This document shows, piece by piece, positions 1-12,999 of a stretch of DNA of 63,861 nt. Positions within the stretch are counted from its first letter, which is position 1; the number at the start of each line of letters is the position of its first letter. The DNA lies in assembly GCA_964016885.1 (NCBI GenBank), contig OZ024752.1, positions 36,518,001-36,581,861 of the forward strand, written 5' to 3'. A program made the position numbers and the translations under genes. This DNA is from Eledone cirrhosa. Its lineage: Eukaryota. Below the pieces are notes generated by a model that saw only the letters and a list, made by a program, of their open reading frames with translations, was not told the DNA's origin and did not search any database.

Positions 1-345
1 ATTGTAACTCTCTACTTGGGAATTAACGGAAGTCCAATGTTCACGCATATTTGTAACTCTCGTTTTCAGAACTAATGGAAGTACAATACATACACATGAT
101 TGTAACTCTCATTTTCGGAACTACCGGAAGTACAATACATACACATGATTGTAACTCTCATTTTCGGAACTACCGGAAGTACAATACATACACATGATTG
201 TAACTCTCATTTTCGGAACTACCGGAAGTACAATACATACATATAATTGTAACTCTCGTCTTCGGAACTACCGGAAGTACAATGTTTAAACAGAATTGTA
301 ATTCTTCTCTTTGGAATTAACGGAAGTACAATGCATACGCACACT
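1..345. repeat. 49-bp minisatellite (~7 copies)
   Basis: The unit attgtaactctcattttcggaactaccggaagtacaatacatacacatg recurs at about 1, 50, 99, 148, 197 and 247, and degenerates at the ends. Confidence 0.9.
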
Positions 346-383
346 CGTGTGAGATTCTCCTCTTGTTCCTTTGAATAGAAATT

Positions 384-560
384 ATCGGTAGAGGGTCGGG
401 CGCCATGCTTTGCAGCATAGAGTTATGGCCCTTTATGGTCTGAGTTCTAATTCCGCCGAGGTTAACTTTGCCTTTCATCCTTACAGGGTCGATAAAATAA
501 AGTACCAGTAATGCACTGGGGGTAAATGCTGGTCTCGTGCCAAAAGTAGAAACAATTATT
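384..560 (+). mobile_element. tRNA-derived SINE (family S1), 5'-truncated copy
   Basis: It has a B-box-like gagttctaattcc, the central gcctttcatccttac..ggtcgataaaataaagtaccag and the tail gtagaaacaattatt. Dozens of copies occur in the window. Confidence 0.85.
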
Positions 561-649
561 ACGTGTATTTCGTCTGACTGTGGTAACTGGAAGAATGCCG
601 TATGTAAGTATTGTTCCGTAACACCTGATGTGGTCGTAGCGACGCCGTA

Positions 650-905
650 TTAACATATGGCGTTTCTTGGTCATTTTAAGCCTGCCAGACCCCATCTCCT
701 CTTCAAGCTTGAGCGCAGTAGATTTCTCCCAGAAAAGGACAAAAAGAAAGTGAGAAAGAGTTATGGAGGAAGAATCGACCCCAGGACTAGGCTTGCACTT
801 TTTATTTTTATCGACCTTGAAAGGATGAAAGGCAAAGTTGACCTCGGCGGGTTTTGAGCTCAGAGAGTAGAGAGCCGAAAGCATTCTACCTGACGTTCTA
901 ATGAC
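650..905 (-). mobile_element. SINE variant (S1 core with longer 3' body)
   Basis: Reverse complement of the S1 core plus a ctggagaaatct...gagaggagatggg body also seen at about 4430-4770, 6080-6240, 9985-10530, 41730-41870 and 55820-56110. Confidence 0.7.
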
Positions 906-1270
906 TCTACCACTTCCCTACTTTGGAAGAATGCCACTGTGTAATAAATACAGGCTAAAATATACGTGTTATCATATAATGTGGGAAACAGAGAATTATG
1001 AGAGGAGAAAAACAGTCTTAAAACTAAAGCGTTCTCCTATAATACATATTTTTCATTTTCATAATGCTAATACAGAAATGAGTCAAACTGTTAATATATA
1101 TATATGCGGTGGATTGGCAGTATCGGTAGAGGGTCGGACGCCATGCTTTGCAGCATAGTTACGTCCCTTTACGATCTGAGTTCAAATCCCGTCGATAAAA
1201 TAAAGTACCAGTAATGAACTGGGTAATTTGCTGGCCTTGTGCCTAAAGTAGAAACAAATATATATATATA

Positions 1271-1622
1271 CAGTGGGATCTCAGTTCACGTACTTATTTC
1301 GTTCCTGAAGGCAGTTCGTCATCCAAAATGTTCGCAAACCGAAACTTTTTTTTTTTCCCCAAACAAAATGTTGAGTGAGAAATACAGTGAAAGAGAGAGA
1401 TTGTTTGTAAAAGACAGATAGATATCATCATTGTAACTAACCACACAGCAGGTGACTCGCTCTCGCCGATACTCCCAGCTTGTCACTAACTGTTGTTGCT
1501 GGCTTGCGCGTGTACGTTACTCGAGACACCGTTCGACAACCGAGACGTTTTATGTTCGGAAAAAATTGTTCGCGAACTGATCTGTTCGTGATGCGAGGCT
1601 TTCGTGGACCGAGGTTCCACTG
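1271..1622. mobile_element. Tigger/pogo-type MITE
   Basis: TIRs cagtgggatctcagttcacg and cgtggaccgaggttccactg, flanked by TA on both sides. Confidence 0.8.
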
Positions 1623-1945
1623 TACTTGCAACTTCCAAATTATGTGTTCATTGCTCCCTTCTTTCGTTTGTATCCACACCTGTATATAACATTTTCCAGA
1701 TATGTGAAGAATGTTATATTCTTGCAGTGTACTTCGTCATTTTTGGGAGATTCTTGAGAAACGGAGAAGGGTTGAACGAGCAGCTAGAAACCTTTCCTCA
1801 TAGACAACATTACTAGGCTATTGGAATTGTCCAATGGCAGCCGGATATACAACATGGTGGGTGGGGTGAATGAATAATAACTTCTTATTTATTTATTTGA
1901 TTAATCATTTATTTATTCAGTCATGGAGTAAAATTAATAATAATT

Positions 1946-2033
<88 letters not shown>

Positions 2034-2069
2034 ATTTCTTCTTTGTCGTCGTCGTTGTCTTCTTCTTCT

Positions 2070-2330
2070 TCAGCTTCTTCTTCTTCTTCTTCTTCTTCTT
2101 CTTCTTCTTCTTCTTCTTCTTCTTCTTCTTCTTGAGAGGGTCGTGGGGAGGGGAAGGGGGGGGGGGGGAAAGGGAGGGGAGGGAAAGGACAGAGTCCTCA
2201 AACACTCCTTCCAGCGGGTCCTGTCAGAAGCAACCGCCTCCAACTGATCCGGCTGGATCTCCAAGCGTGACCAGCCAAGCTCATAGATATTATCTAACCA
2301 TATTGCCCTGGGTCTCCTACCTGTTGGTTT
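2070..2330 (-). mobile_element. RTE LINE 3' remnant with (GAA)n tail
   Basis: The minus strand reads GRPRAIWLDNI...LEAVASDRTRWK, an RTE C-terminal signature, and then runs into a GAA repeat. Confidence 0.7.
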
Positions 2331-2347
2331 GGCGCTTATTTATATAT

Positions 2348-2391
<44 letters not shown>

Positions 2392-2952
2392 ACGATCCAA
2401 CAAAGCTACACCAAGAGGATTGCTACGATGAAGGAGATAAGCTACTGGGAGAGGCTAAAAGAACTGAACCTCTATTCATTGGAACGAAGACGGGAGAGAT
2501 ACGCAGTGATATACATATGGAAAATCTTGGAGGGACTAGAAACAAACCTTGGCATTGAGAGCTGGACAAAACCCCGAACAGGACGTCACTGTGTGGTGCC
2601 AATGGTCCCGCCTTTCACATCTAGAATAAGGAGCAGATATTGTAACAGCCCGGAGTGCAAAGGCTCTCAACTCGCCAACAAGCTGTCAAGAAATTTGAGA
2701 GATCTGCATGGTGTAGATGTGGATGTTTTCAAGAAATATCTTGACGCCCTGCTATCCGGGATCCCGGATGAGCCCACAGCACGGTACGAAGGTAACCTAA
2801 GGGCAGCAGCAGCAGCAGCAGCAGCAGCAACGAACTCCCTTTTACACCAATGGCCAGCCAACACAGGCTGGACATAGAATGTGTAGCAACGAGGGCGGTG
2901 CCCTAGCATGGCCTCAGCTGGATGGCTGGAACAGGCAAAAGAGTAAAAGAGT
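2392..2952 (+). mobile_element. CR1/L2-group LINE 3' fragment
   Basis: ORF 2428-2877 contains SYWERLKELNLYSLERRRERY...FKKYLDALL. It ends in a short (aaaagagt)2 tail and is flanked by (TAAA)n and (TTTA)n. Confidence 0.85.
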
Positions 2953-2954
2953 AT

Positions 2955-2993
<39 letters not shown>

Positions 2994-3616
2994 TACTGTC
3001 TATTTGAATATCGTAAAAAAAGTTGGAGGTTAAAACATGGTATTTCTTACAAATCAGGCTATGGATACGTATTTAAATATACGACGTATCTGTTTGTTTA
3101 GTTTGTCTGTTTCGAATGTTTATCACAACAGGATATACTACAGAGTTACTAATGTGAAAAGTTACTTCAAGGTGAAGAATATACATTGCTGTATATTTTT
3201 GTTTATTTAAGTTGCTTGTTTAGAAAATTTATCTCATAGATATTGAAATATGATAGGTGACCGCATACAGGTGTGTTGTCTCCTCACTCTACCTTTTACG
3301 TGGTGAAATGTGTATTGTTTCGTTTGTATGTAGACAGCTAGTTTCTCAATTGTCAGTGAAATGGTGTGAAACCATGGAAGTAATCAAGAAAAACGGAAGA
3401 TATTTTCCCCAAGGCTACATCTATATATACCGGATTGCATAGAACCCAGAGAATGAGGTGAAGATGTGAGAAATAACACACTGGTGCAAGTGGACCATTA
3501 TATATATAAAGTACCAGTAAAACACTGAAGGGTCAATTTAATCGACTTTCTCCTCCTTCAAAAAAATTGCTGCTCTTGTGCCTAAATCAGAAACCATTAT
3601 TAAGGCAGCTAATATT

Positions 3617-4190
3617 GGTGGATTGGCAGTATCGGTAGAGAGTCGGACGCCATGCTTTGCAGCATAGAGTTACCACCCTTTATGATCTGAGTTCAAATCC
3701 CACCGAGGTTAGCTTTGCCTTTCAATCCCTACGGGGTCGATAAAATAAAGTACCAACCACGTACTGGGGTCGATTTAATCGACTTTCCCCTCCCCCAAAA
3801 TTGCTGCCCTTGTGCCTATATAAGAAACCATTATTAAGGCAGCTAATATTGGTAGATTGGCAGTATCGGTAGAGAGTCTGACGCCATGCTTTGCAGCATA
3901 GAGTTACCGCCCTTTATGATCTGAGTTCAAATTCCGCCGAGGTTAACTTTGCCTTTCATCCTTACGGACTCAATAAAATAAAGCACCAGTAATGTACTGG
4001 GGTAATTGCAGGCCTTGTGACAAAAGTAGAAACAATTATTAAAGCAGCTAATCTCGTCGAGGTTAGCTTTGTCATTCATTCTTACGGGGTCGTTAAAATA
4101 AAGTACCAGTAACACACTGGGGTCAATTTAACCGACTTTCTCCTCCCACAAAAATTGTTATCCTTGTACCTAAATCAAAATCTATTATTG
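3617..4190 (+). mobile_element. Tandem S1 SINE copies
   Basis: A-box tggcagtatcgg, B-box gagttcaaatcc and the S1 core repeat head-to-tail. Confidence 0.85.
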
Positions 4191-5034
4191 TTGTTTAGCC
4201 CAAGGTCAGTGCTGTTTCAGTACACTTATGAACAAACAGCGCTCCAGCCCTGACCATCCTGTATTTTTATACATTCTGAGACTTACATTGTCGAATGTAT
4301 CATCTCTTTTATATTAAAGATTCACAACTTGGTGCTAAATACCCAGGTGTCAGCTATGCTCTGGGGTTAGTATATTTCATCAGGGACAACTTCTTTCCTT
4401 CTATATTTGGCTTTAGTATAGCTGACCAGGAGGTGGTAAATTGGTAGGGTCGTTAGAACGTCGGATGGAATGCTTTGTGGTGTTTGTTTCGGCTCTCTGC
4501 TGTCTCAGTTCAAATCCATCCGAGATCAACTTTGCCTTTCATCCATTCCAGGTCGTTAAAAAAAGTACCAGTCAAGTACTGAGGTCGATTCTTCCTCTAT
4601 ATCTCTTTCTCACTTCCATTCTCTCACTCTCTATCCTTCTCTGGAAGAAATCTGCTGTATTCTGACCTGGAGAGGAGATGGGCTGCTCCAAGTTTTTAAA
4701 AAAAAATGTCATAGAAAAGCCGTATGTCAATTCAACACCCCTACAACTCCCCGGGGAGTTACGAGGACCATGCATCCACCCTGTGGTGAGGAAGCGAACG
4801 GACCTACGTTGCGCCTCCACTGGAATCCAGAGTGAAGCCCCACACATCCATAGCTGACGAAGGCGGAATCTGTATTTTATATGAATTTTTTTTATTTTTT
4901 GATTCTCTCAATGTTCTTATAAAGAAGGGATTGGTTTTTAACATAGAAAATCAAGTCACCATTGATAAGCGATGGTGTAGAATTACATGTTGGTGGGTGA
5001 GTATCATAAGCTCTGAGTCACGAATCTTAACTTT

Positions 5035-5067
<33 letters not shown>

Positions 5068-5658
5068 TTTTTTTTTTTTTTTCTAGCTTATAATATGTGT
5101 CTTAGCTTTTACATTAACACAATACCACCACGAAGCTAACAGTTGTTGTCACACCTAGACACTGCCTGCAACTCTACCTCTAGAATATTCCGATCAATAC
5201 TCCTCGCTCTTCGATTATAAACGCAGTCCTTTCAAAATGGATAATGATATAGTAGTAACTAGACGACGTTTGGTGGTTGTGCCGTTCTATGTTACAGTCA
5301 ATTTATAATTTAAAAGCAATATAATTCTTCATAGAATTAATGTTATACTTTTAATTAGATTTTTTTTTTATATGCGCACTGAATTAAATATGTTAATACT
5401 AACTTAATTATTCATAACTTCACGATAATATGCAGAGATGTTATAAGTTTTAGTCATGGTATCAGTATCCTGTTACACTACCATGACATTTGTAGCTGTT
5501 TTATGGTGAATATTCACCGTACGATAAGTTCTTGTACTTAATTCAGCGTCTAGCCTGCTATCACGAGAGAACACGGCCTCGAGATTCTTGAACCTCTCCA
5601 CCTGCTTCAAGTGAAATTCCATTGACATATAGTAATATATGTAATGTATGGTATAGAT

Positions 5659-6071
5659 CAGTGCTTCTCAAACTATCTGATGTGGCGGACCGGCATTTTT
5701 TTTTTCAATGTGCCACGTACCGCTAATATTTCGCAGTAATATTAATTTATACCGGAAACGATATATATAATGAATATAATAATAGTTGACCATTTTTTTT
5801 ATCTTCTATTTATTTTGTAAACAAATAATTGTTTCTACTTTAGGCACAAGGCCAGAAATTACCCAGTACATTACTGGTACTTTATTTTATCGACCCCGTA
5901 AGGATGAAAGGCAAAGTTTAAACAAATAATACAATATCAAAACATATAAAAAAGTAATAAAAAAAATTCCTCAAATGATTCCTTAGCATGGCCTGGGCAC
6001 TGGCCGCGTACCAGTAGCTGATGGCTCGCGTACCGGCATCGGTCCGCTGACCACCACTTTGAGTAGCACTG
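5659..6071. mobile_element. hAT (Charlie-like) MITE carrying an internal SINE fragment
   Basis: TIRs cagtgcttctcaaa and tttgagtagcactg, with an 8-bp TSD gtatagat/gtaaagat. An S1 tail lies on the minus strand at about 5826-5918. Confidence 0.85.
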
Positions 6072-6241
6072 GTAAAGATGGTCTCGTAACTCCTGAGGGA
6101 GTCGTAGGGACACCGTATACGGCGTTTCTAGGTCATTTTAAAACCTGGCGTCGTCCATCTTCTCGCCAGGTCTCAATACTGCAGATTTCTTCCAGAGAAA
6201 GAGAGAAAGTGAGAACGAGATAAAGAGGAAGAATTGACCCG

Positions 6242-6324
<83 letters not shown>

Positions 6325-6363
6325 GATATTACCAAATGGAAACTATATTTATAAAACCATATT

Positions 6364-6428
6364 TATTTTATTATACATATTTCAAGGATACCATGTTAAA
6401 TTATGGTATGCCTTCATCAGACAAAATA
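6364..6428 (-). ncRNA. Type I hammerhead ribozyme, family A
   Basis: Reverse complement of the 6578-6642 motif. Confidence 0.8.
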
Positions 6429-6577
6429 CAATATATACCAGTTTTATAAATAAACATTGACGTACCCTTTCAAAATGCAACCGTTACTTTTGGAAGACAT
6501 CAGGATAGACATCCAAAAGTAACGGTTGCATTTTGAAAGGGTACGTCAATGTTTATTTATAAAACTGGTATATATTG

Positions 6578-6642
6578 TATTTTGTCTGATGAAGGCATAC
6601 CATAATTTAACATGGTATCCTTGAAATATGTATAATAAAATA
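6578..6642 (+). ncRNA. Type I hammerhead ribozyme, family A
   Basis: tattttgt-CTGATGA-aggcataccat..atggtatcctt-GAAA-tatgta-TA-ataaaata. Stem I is 8 bp, stem III is quasi-palindromic, and the cleavage triplet is AUA. Confidence 0.8.
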
Positions 6643-6769
6643 AATATGGTTTTATAAATATAGTTTCCATTTGTTAATATCGTATATTTACTCCAAATAC
6701 TTGTCGAGTGCTTTATATCAGTTATAAAAATATTTGCTTGTTGTATCCCAACAATTTAAATAGAACTTT

Positions 6770-6826
<57 letters not shown>

Positions 6827-6871
6827 CGTAAAATAATAAAATTATAAAATTAACTTACTTACTAAAAAATC

Positions 6872-6954
6872 ACTTCCAACTAATTAGTTTCTGGAATGGA
6901 GTAAATATATTTTCCGAAGAAACATATAGAAAATCATTCCGTCATCAGGAAAGT
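6872..6954 (-). ncRNA. Type I hammerhead ribozyme, family B (element ~6822-7215)
   Basis: Minus strand: actttc-CTGATGA-cggaatg...cattcca-GAAA-ctaattag-TT-ggaagt. Stem III is palindromic and the triplet is GUU. Confidence 0.8.
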
Positions 6955-7223
6955 CTTTTTCCGTATAGGTCTCCAGGCATAGCGAGGACACTGGAAACTT
7001 ATTAAAAAAATAATTCAGTGGAATGGAAATAGCGATGCGTGGACTGGATTCCAAGCCATTGAGAAAATCACTGCCTCTACGTCCGTGGCAAATTCAAAAA
7101 GAATCAATCACGTGACATCGAGGTCAATCAGTGGAAAGCGAGTGGTTATTAAGACAGCGGCCAGCTTACTACCATAGTAGCAGTCATGGCCAAATATTGC
7201 TCGACAAATTAATTGGAGATAAT

Positions 7224-7447
7224 TATAAGGAATTTATATCTAGTAACATTTATATACACACACATGCATATCAATGCTAGCAAATATATAGGTTTTGTCT
7301 TATTAACAATGTGGTTCAATGCATGGGGTTGCAGAATAATATTCTGCAACCCCATGCATTGAACCACATTGTTAATAAGACAAAACCTATATATTTGCTA
7401 GCATTGATATGCATCTGTGTGTATATAAATGTTACTAGATATAAATT

Positions 7448-7454
<7 letters not shown>
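7224..7454. repeat. ~230-bp near-perfect palindrome abutting (TA)n
   Basis: Centred on ggggttgcagaat-aat-attctgcaacccc, with arms of about 113 bp. Confidence 0.9.
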
Positions 7455-7519
<65 letters not shown>

Positions 7520-7590
7520 ACTTAGAGTTTACACTCAATGGGGTCATTTACAATTATTTTAGCTCTAAGAATCGCTTCTGAGCAGTATAA

Positions 7591-7673
7591 ATTAATATAT
7601 GATAAACATTTACATGTTTTTTGTTTTTTTTGTCAATTGCAAAAAAAAACAACATGTAAATGTTTATCATATA

Positions 7674-7678
<5 letters not shown>
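7591..7678. repeat. Short palindrome abutting (TA)n
   Basis: attaatatatgataaacatttacatgtt pairs with aacatgtaaatgtttatcatatattaat. Confidence 0.8.
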
Positions 7679-7746
<68 letters not shown>

Positions 7747-7971
7747 ATAATAATAAATTTGAAGACTAAAATCCAAAGAACCCTAGAGTTTAAGCATGTT
7801 ATTAAAATAACAGATTAAAGTTTAAGCAAAGAATTGTTAAGGGTGAAAGCACCGATTCTTTGCTTAAACTTTAATCTGTTATTTTAATATATATATATAT
7901 ATATTATGGAATATATATTATATATTATGGAATACTGTTGGCTTTTTGCTACAATGTTTTCTATACCTTTC

Positions 7972-8127
<156 letters not shown>

Positions 8128-8219
8128 ATAGTAGAATCGAAGTTATGGCGGTGGCCAGACAAACGAAGTATATATAGTGTGTTTATATGTGTTTGTTGTT
8201 ATTGTGCTTGTGTGCGTAT

Positions 8220-8259
<40 letters not shown>

Positions 8260-8262
<3 letters not shown>

Positions 8263-9044
8263 TACTTCTCTTAGGTCAGTGTTGTTTGTTTGGGTGTTGT
8301 TGTTATTCCATTCAGTTTTTCTGTTTAGCCTTGGCCTTCTAAGTTCTATTTCGCTGGCCTCTGTGATTTGCCTATCTGCTGGGTCATTTCTATGTTTAGA
8401 TATTATTCTAATTTCTATGTTGTCTATGTTAACGTCGTGTTGTTGTCTGGCATGTTCGTATAGTACTGAACCGTTTTTTCGTCCTTTTAGTTCCCCCCCA
8501 GTGTTGGTCTATCCTTTCACCTATGCTACGAGCTGTCTCGCCTATGTATGTTGTTGTCATGCTTCTGCAAGTACCCTCTGTACATCTTATGCTATAGACT
8601 ACGTTTCTAGTTTTACAGTTTATCCGGGTGTTTACTTTACATATGATACATTTCCTATTAGTACAGTGGGTTTTCTTAATAGGGTAGGTTTTGCTGATCA
8701 GGGATTTTATGGTGGTTCCTGGCTTTTCTACCACCTTAATCTTTAAGTGGGTCTTTTTCAGACCTTGCTACACTGGTTAGCTAATTGCCCTCCAGGGGTA
8801 GCGTCCATAAACATGAGACTCTGGTATCTCTGGTTATCGTACCATGAGGTGGCTTTCCCTATCTTTTGTCTAGTCCTATCTAAGCTATTCCATGATTTGC
8901 TCCTGTATAATGGGCAAATTCCTTTCATGTCCAGTTCTATGAGGGTCTTATACTTCTCCGTGGCTCCTTCGTATACTCTGATTCTGTCTCTTTGGTTGTA
9001 GCCAGAGAACTGCATGCGGTTGATGAAGTGTTGGATGTGTCTTT

Positions 9045-9048
<4 letters not shown>
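8260..9048 (-). pseudogene. Penelope-like element fragment (RT thumb, Cys linker, GIY-YIG endonuclease), frameshifted
   Basis: Motifs HFINRMQFSGY, CTNRKCIIC and NVVYSIRC..C..TYIGETARSIGERIDQH, split across ORFs 8758-9048 and 8429-8734. The 5' end is truncated at (TA)n. Confidence 0.85.
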
Positions 9049-9091
<43 letters not shown>

Positions 9092-9222
9092 ATTCTATGT
9101 TTTGCAGCATAGAGTTACGGCTCTTTATATATTTCTACGAACGTTTCAATGCGGCTAGAATATCGCATTGCGGAGTAAATGTTGAATTTTATACATACAC
9201 TAGCTGGCCCGTCCAGCTATAC

Positions 9223-9300
<78 letters not shown>

Positions 9301-9494
9301 TCAGGTTTGAGGTTCACCACTGTATAGAGCTGGTCTATTCCGTATGGTCAATCGTAATGCAATAATATAGAGAGTACTCAACGTAAAGCAGTTCAACCGT
9401 CTTTGTTTTTGTAGTTGGTGGTGCTATTACGGAGTTAAATATTATAATGAAATGACAGGAGGCTGGATTTGTGTAAATCCTTGAAAGGTTTATT

Positions 9495-9552
9495 ATACTA
9501 TGATCATTTCAATGACCGGGTTCCGTATGAATCCGGTGATATCATCAGGTAT
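9495..9552 (-). ncRNA. Type I hammerhead ribozyme, family H (element ~9299-9657 between microsatellites)
   Basis: Minus strand: atac-CTGATGA-tatcaccgg..ccggtcatt-GAAA-tgatca-TA-gtat. Stem III atgatcat is palindromic. Confidence 0.8.
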
Positions 9553-9655
9553 TCGAAATATAATACGTGAATGTAATAGATAAAATCCATGGGGCTGAAA
9601 ATCGAGGACCCGAGGGCGACCGCTATTCTGTTCCTTCAACCTCAGCCGGTCGCCC

Positions 9656-9710
<55 letters not shown>

Positions 9711-9720
9711 TGTGTGTATG

Positions 9721-9751
<31 letters not shown>

Positions 9752-10659
9752 AATCTTCTGTTGCTTTAATGATAATGAATATAAAACTATACTTAGATAT
9801 AATGGGTACTGGAATCAGAATTCCTCACGAGTGGTTTCAAAGTTGTTTATCTGTACCATATTGACTTTAAGTGGTCAGCTGACGTTCCTGACTGAACATG
9901 TTTTATTTTACGGTAATCAAACAACAATACTAGGTCAGTTGTGTTTTAATTTGTTGTATTTTTATATCTAGATTACAAGGTTGCAAATTGGCAGAGTCGT
10001 TAGAACGTCAGATCGAATACCTTACGGCATTCATTCCGTCTCTCTGTTCTCTGATTTCAAATCCAACCGAGGTCAACTTTGCCTTTCAGCCTTTCTAAAT
10101 CAATAAAAAAAAGTGCCAGTTTAGTACTGGGGTCGATTCTTCCTCTATAACTCTTTCTTATTTGCATTCTCTCACTCTCTCTATCCTTCTCTGGAAGAAA
10201 TCTGCTGTACTCAAACCTGGAGAAGTGATGGGTTCCGCTAAGTTACAAAAATGCCCTAGAAACGCCATACGTTACTACGATGCCACTACGGTACCTCTCA
10301 TCCATTCAAAGGTCGATAAAAAAAGGACCAGCCTAGTACTGGGGTCTATTCTTCCTCTATATCTCTTTCTCACTTCCTTTCTCTCACTCTCTCTATCCTT
10401 CTCTAGAAGAAATCTGCTGTATTCAGACCGGGAGAGGAAATGGGCTCCACCAGATTTTAAAATGCTCTGGAGGGGCCGTATATCAGTATGGCGTCCCTAC
10501 GACTCCCTCAGGAGTTACTGGCCATGCATGTATGTTTAGATTACACCTTTACTCGTTTCATCTCAATGTGTTCGTCTTTATTAGTTGTTATTATTTATGT
10601 TTTGGTTATTTGTTATTATTGGGTCGTCAAGCATGAAATTTGTAGAAATTTGTAGAAAG

Positions 10660-10846
10660 GGCGGTGAGTTGGCAGTATCGGTAGTGTGTCGGACATGCTT
10701 TCCAGCATAGTTACGTCCCTTTACGATCTGAGTTCAAATCCCGCCGAGGTTAACTTTGCCTTTCATCCTTACGGGGTCGATAAAATAAAGTACCAGTAAT
10801 ACACTGGAATAATTGCTGGCCTTGTGCCAAAAGTAGAAACAATTAT
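10660..10846 (+). mobile_element. Full-length S1 SINE with 64-bp flanking duplication
   Basis: It has A and B boxes, core and tail. The segment 10595-10658 is repeated at 10843-10906. Confidence 0.9.
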
Positions 10847-10865
10847 GTTTTGGTTATTTGTTATT

Positions 10866-10951
10866 ATTGGGTCGTCAAGCATGAAATTTGTAGAAATTTG
10901 TAGAAAAAAAACAAACAAATTTCTACAAATTTCATACTTGACGACTCAATA
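10866..10951. mobile_element. ~85-bp palindromic mariner-derived mini-element (MADE-like)
   Basis: tattgggtcgtcaagcatgaaatttgtagaaa pairs with tttctacaaatttcatacttgacgactcaata. A related copy lies at about 23100-23187. Confidence 0.7.
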
Positions 10952-10957
10952 TTATAC

Positions 10958-11790
10958 GGTAGATTGGCCGTAATCGGTAATGCCGGACAACATGTTTTGT
11001 GACACATAGTTACGTCCCTTTACGTTCTAAGTTGAAATCTCGCCGAGGTTAACTTTGCCTTTCGTCCTTACGGGGGTCGATAAAATAAAGCACCAGTAAT
11101 GTACTGGGGTCGATTTTATCAACTTTCCCCTCCCCCAAAATTACTGGCCTTGTGCCTATATTAGAAATCATTATTATACAGACGGTTAACTTTGCCTTTC
11201 ATCCTTACGGGGGTCGATAAAATAAAGTACCAGTAATACACTGGGTATTTGCTGGCCTTGTGCCTAAAGTAGAAACAATTATTATGCAGACGGTGGATTG
11301 GCAGTATCGGTAGAGGGTCGGACGCCATGCTTTGCAACACAGTTACGTCCCTTTACGGACTGAGTTCAAATCCCTCCGAGGTTAACTTTGCCTTTCATTC
11401 TTACGGGGTCGATAAAATAAAGTACCAGTAATACATTGGGATAATTGCTGGCCTTGTCCCAACAGTAGAAATAATTATTATACAGACACCAAATGCTTCG
11501 CAGCATAGAATTACGCCCCTTTAAGTTTTATGTTCAAATCCCTCCGTGGTTAAATTTGCCTTTTATCCTTACAAGTGTCGATAAAATAAAATACCAGTAA
11601 CGCACTGAGGTCGATTTCATTGACTCTCTTCACCCCTTCCTTTCCCTTCAAATTGCTGGCCTTGTGCCTAAATCAGAAGCCATTATTATATTTTTAACTT
11701 TACCTTTCATCCTTACGAGGTCGATAAAATAAAGTACCAGTAATGCACTGGGTAATTGCTGGCCTTGTGCCTAAAGTAGAAACAATTAAT
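10958..11790 (+). mobile_element. Head-to-tail S1 SINE cluster
   Basis: At least five full or partial copies, each joined through attatt tails. Confidence 0.85.
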
Positions 11791-12999
11791 TATTTTATTC
11801 CAGATTATTCTGTCTATCGTCTATCACATTATGTTTCATGTGAAGATAATGTCTGGAAGTCATACTCGTAGTGAGGTAATGAGGTGGCAGATGTTTTCTG
11901 TTAGGATTTTACATAACCTACATTTTGTGTCAGATGATCATTGGGTTTTTTTATTTTATTTATTTTTATTTATTTTTGTTTATTTTATTTTTTATTTTAT
12001 TATTTTTTTTATTTATTATTTTTTTTATTTTTATTTTATTTTATTTTATTTTATTTTATTTATTTATATTTTGTTTTTTTTTTGCACCAAAGATGGTCGT
12101 TAAATCCTTTCTTGGTCCTCGACAAAATAGATATTGATGTTGTTGTTATTGTTAATGTAGACACAGTATGGTCAAAATGGTTAAAGAATTCGAATCGCAA
12201 GCATTAGGTCCCGGGTTCGATCTGGCTGTGTGGCATCTCGAGTAAATATCATTCACCTCAGCTTCAGATCGATCTGTTCCCCGCTGACTGAAGCAAAATT
12301 GGGTGACGGAAACTGTTTGGAAGCCCGTCAGATGGACTACTGTACCTGAAATTCAAAGAAACAGCCTTGTCTCACACACACACTACGTTACGCTGAATCT
12401 CCCTGAGAATTGCGTTAAAGGTACACGTGTTTGTGGAATGCCCAGTCACATGTATTATAATTGTTTCTACTTTTGGCACAAGGCCAGCAATTAATCCAGT
12501 GCATTACTGGTACTTTATTTTATCGATCCAGTAAGGGTGAAAGGCAAAGTTAACCTCGGCGGGATTTGAACTCAGATCATTATAATACAAGATAGACTGT
12601 ACTTGTAATTCAAATGTACAGCCTTTTCATATAGAGTATCATGTTAAATCTCCCTGAGAATTACATTAAGGATACACGTGTCTGTGGAATACTCGGAAAC
12701 TTACACGTTAATTTCATGAGCAGTCTATTTTGTTCATCGTATCAATCGTATCGACGAGAACACTCATCGTTGAAACCGACGGAGGTCCATCACATGCTCA
12801 TGTTTAGTTACAAGTCAGCCATGATACACCAAACCTTACAGCATGTAATTAGTTACACAAACAACTAAAGAAATTCCACATAGATCCGGATGTATCATAT
12901 ATTTTCGTCTAATTCAGTGGTTTTCAAACTTTTTTTTTATCACGACGTCTTTTGAACCATAAATTTGAAAATTATTCAAAAGAGTTTTTCATACATATT

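Larger units (their letters stand above)
6322..6772. mobile_element. Fold-back HHR element, family A (PLE pseudo-LTR-like)
   Basis: Arms 6322-6494 and 6512-6684 are reverse complements. The right arm has an ~88-nt tail, and (TA)n flanks both sides. Confidence 0.85.

Noticed and set aside
4850-4875. CTGACGA motif (also CTGATGA on the minus strand near 34440)
   Set aside because: There is no matching GAAA or stem III in register.
10660-10750. tRNA genes at SINE heads
   Set aside because: A and B boxes are present but there is no proper cloverleaf, and the heads continue into the SINE body in many copies.
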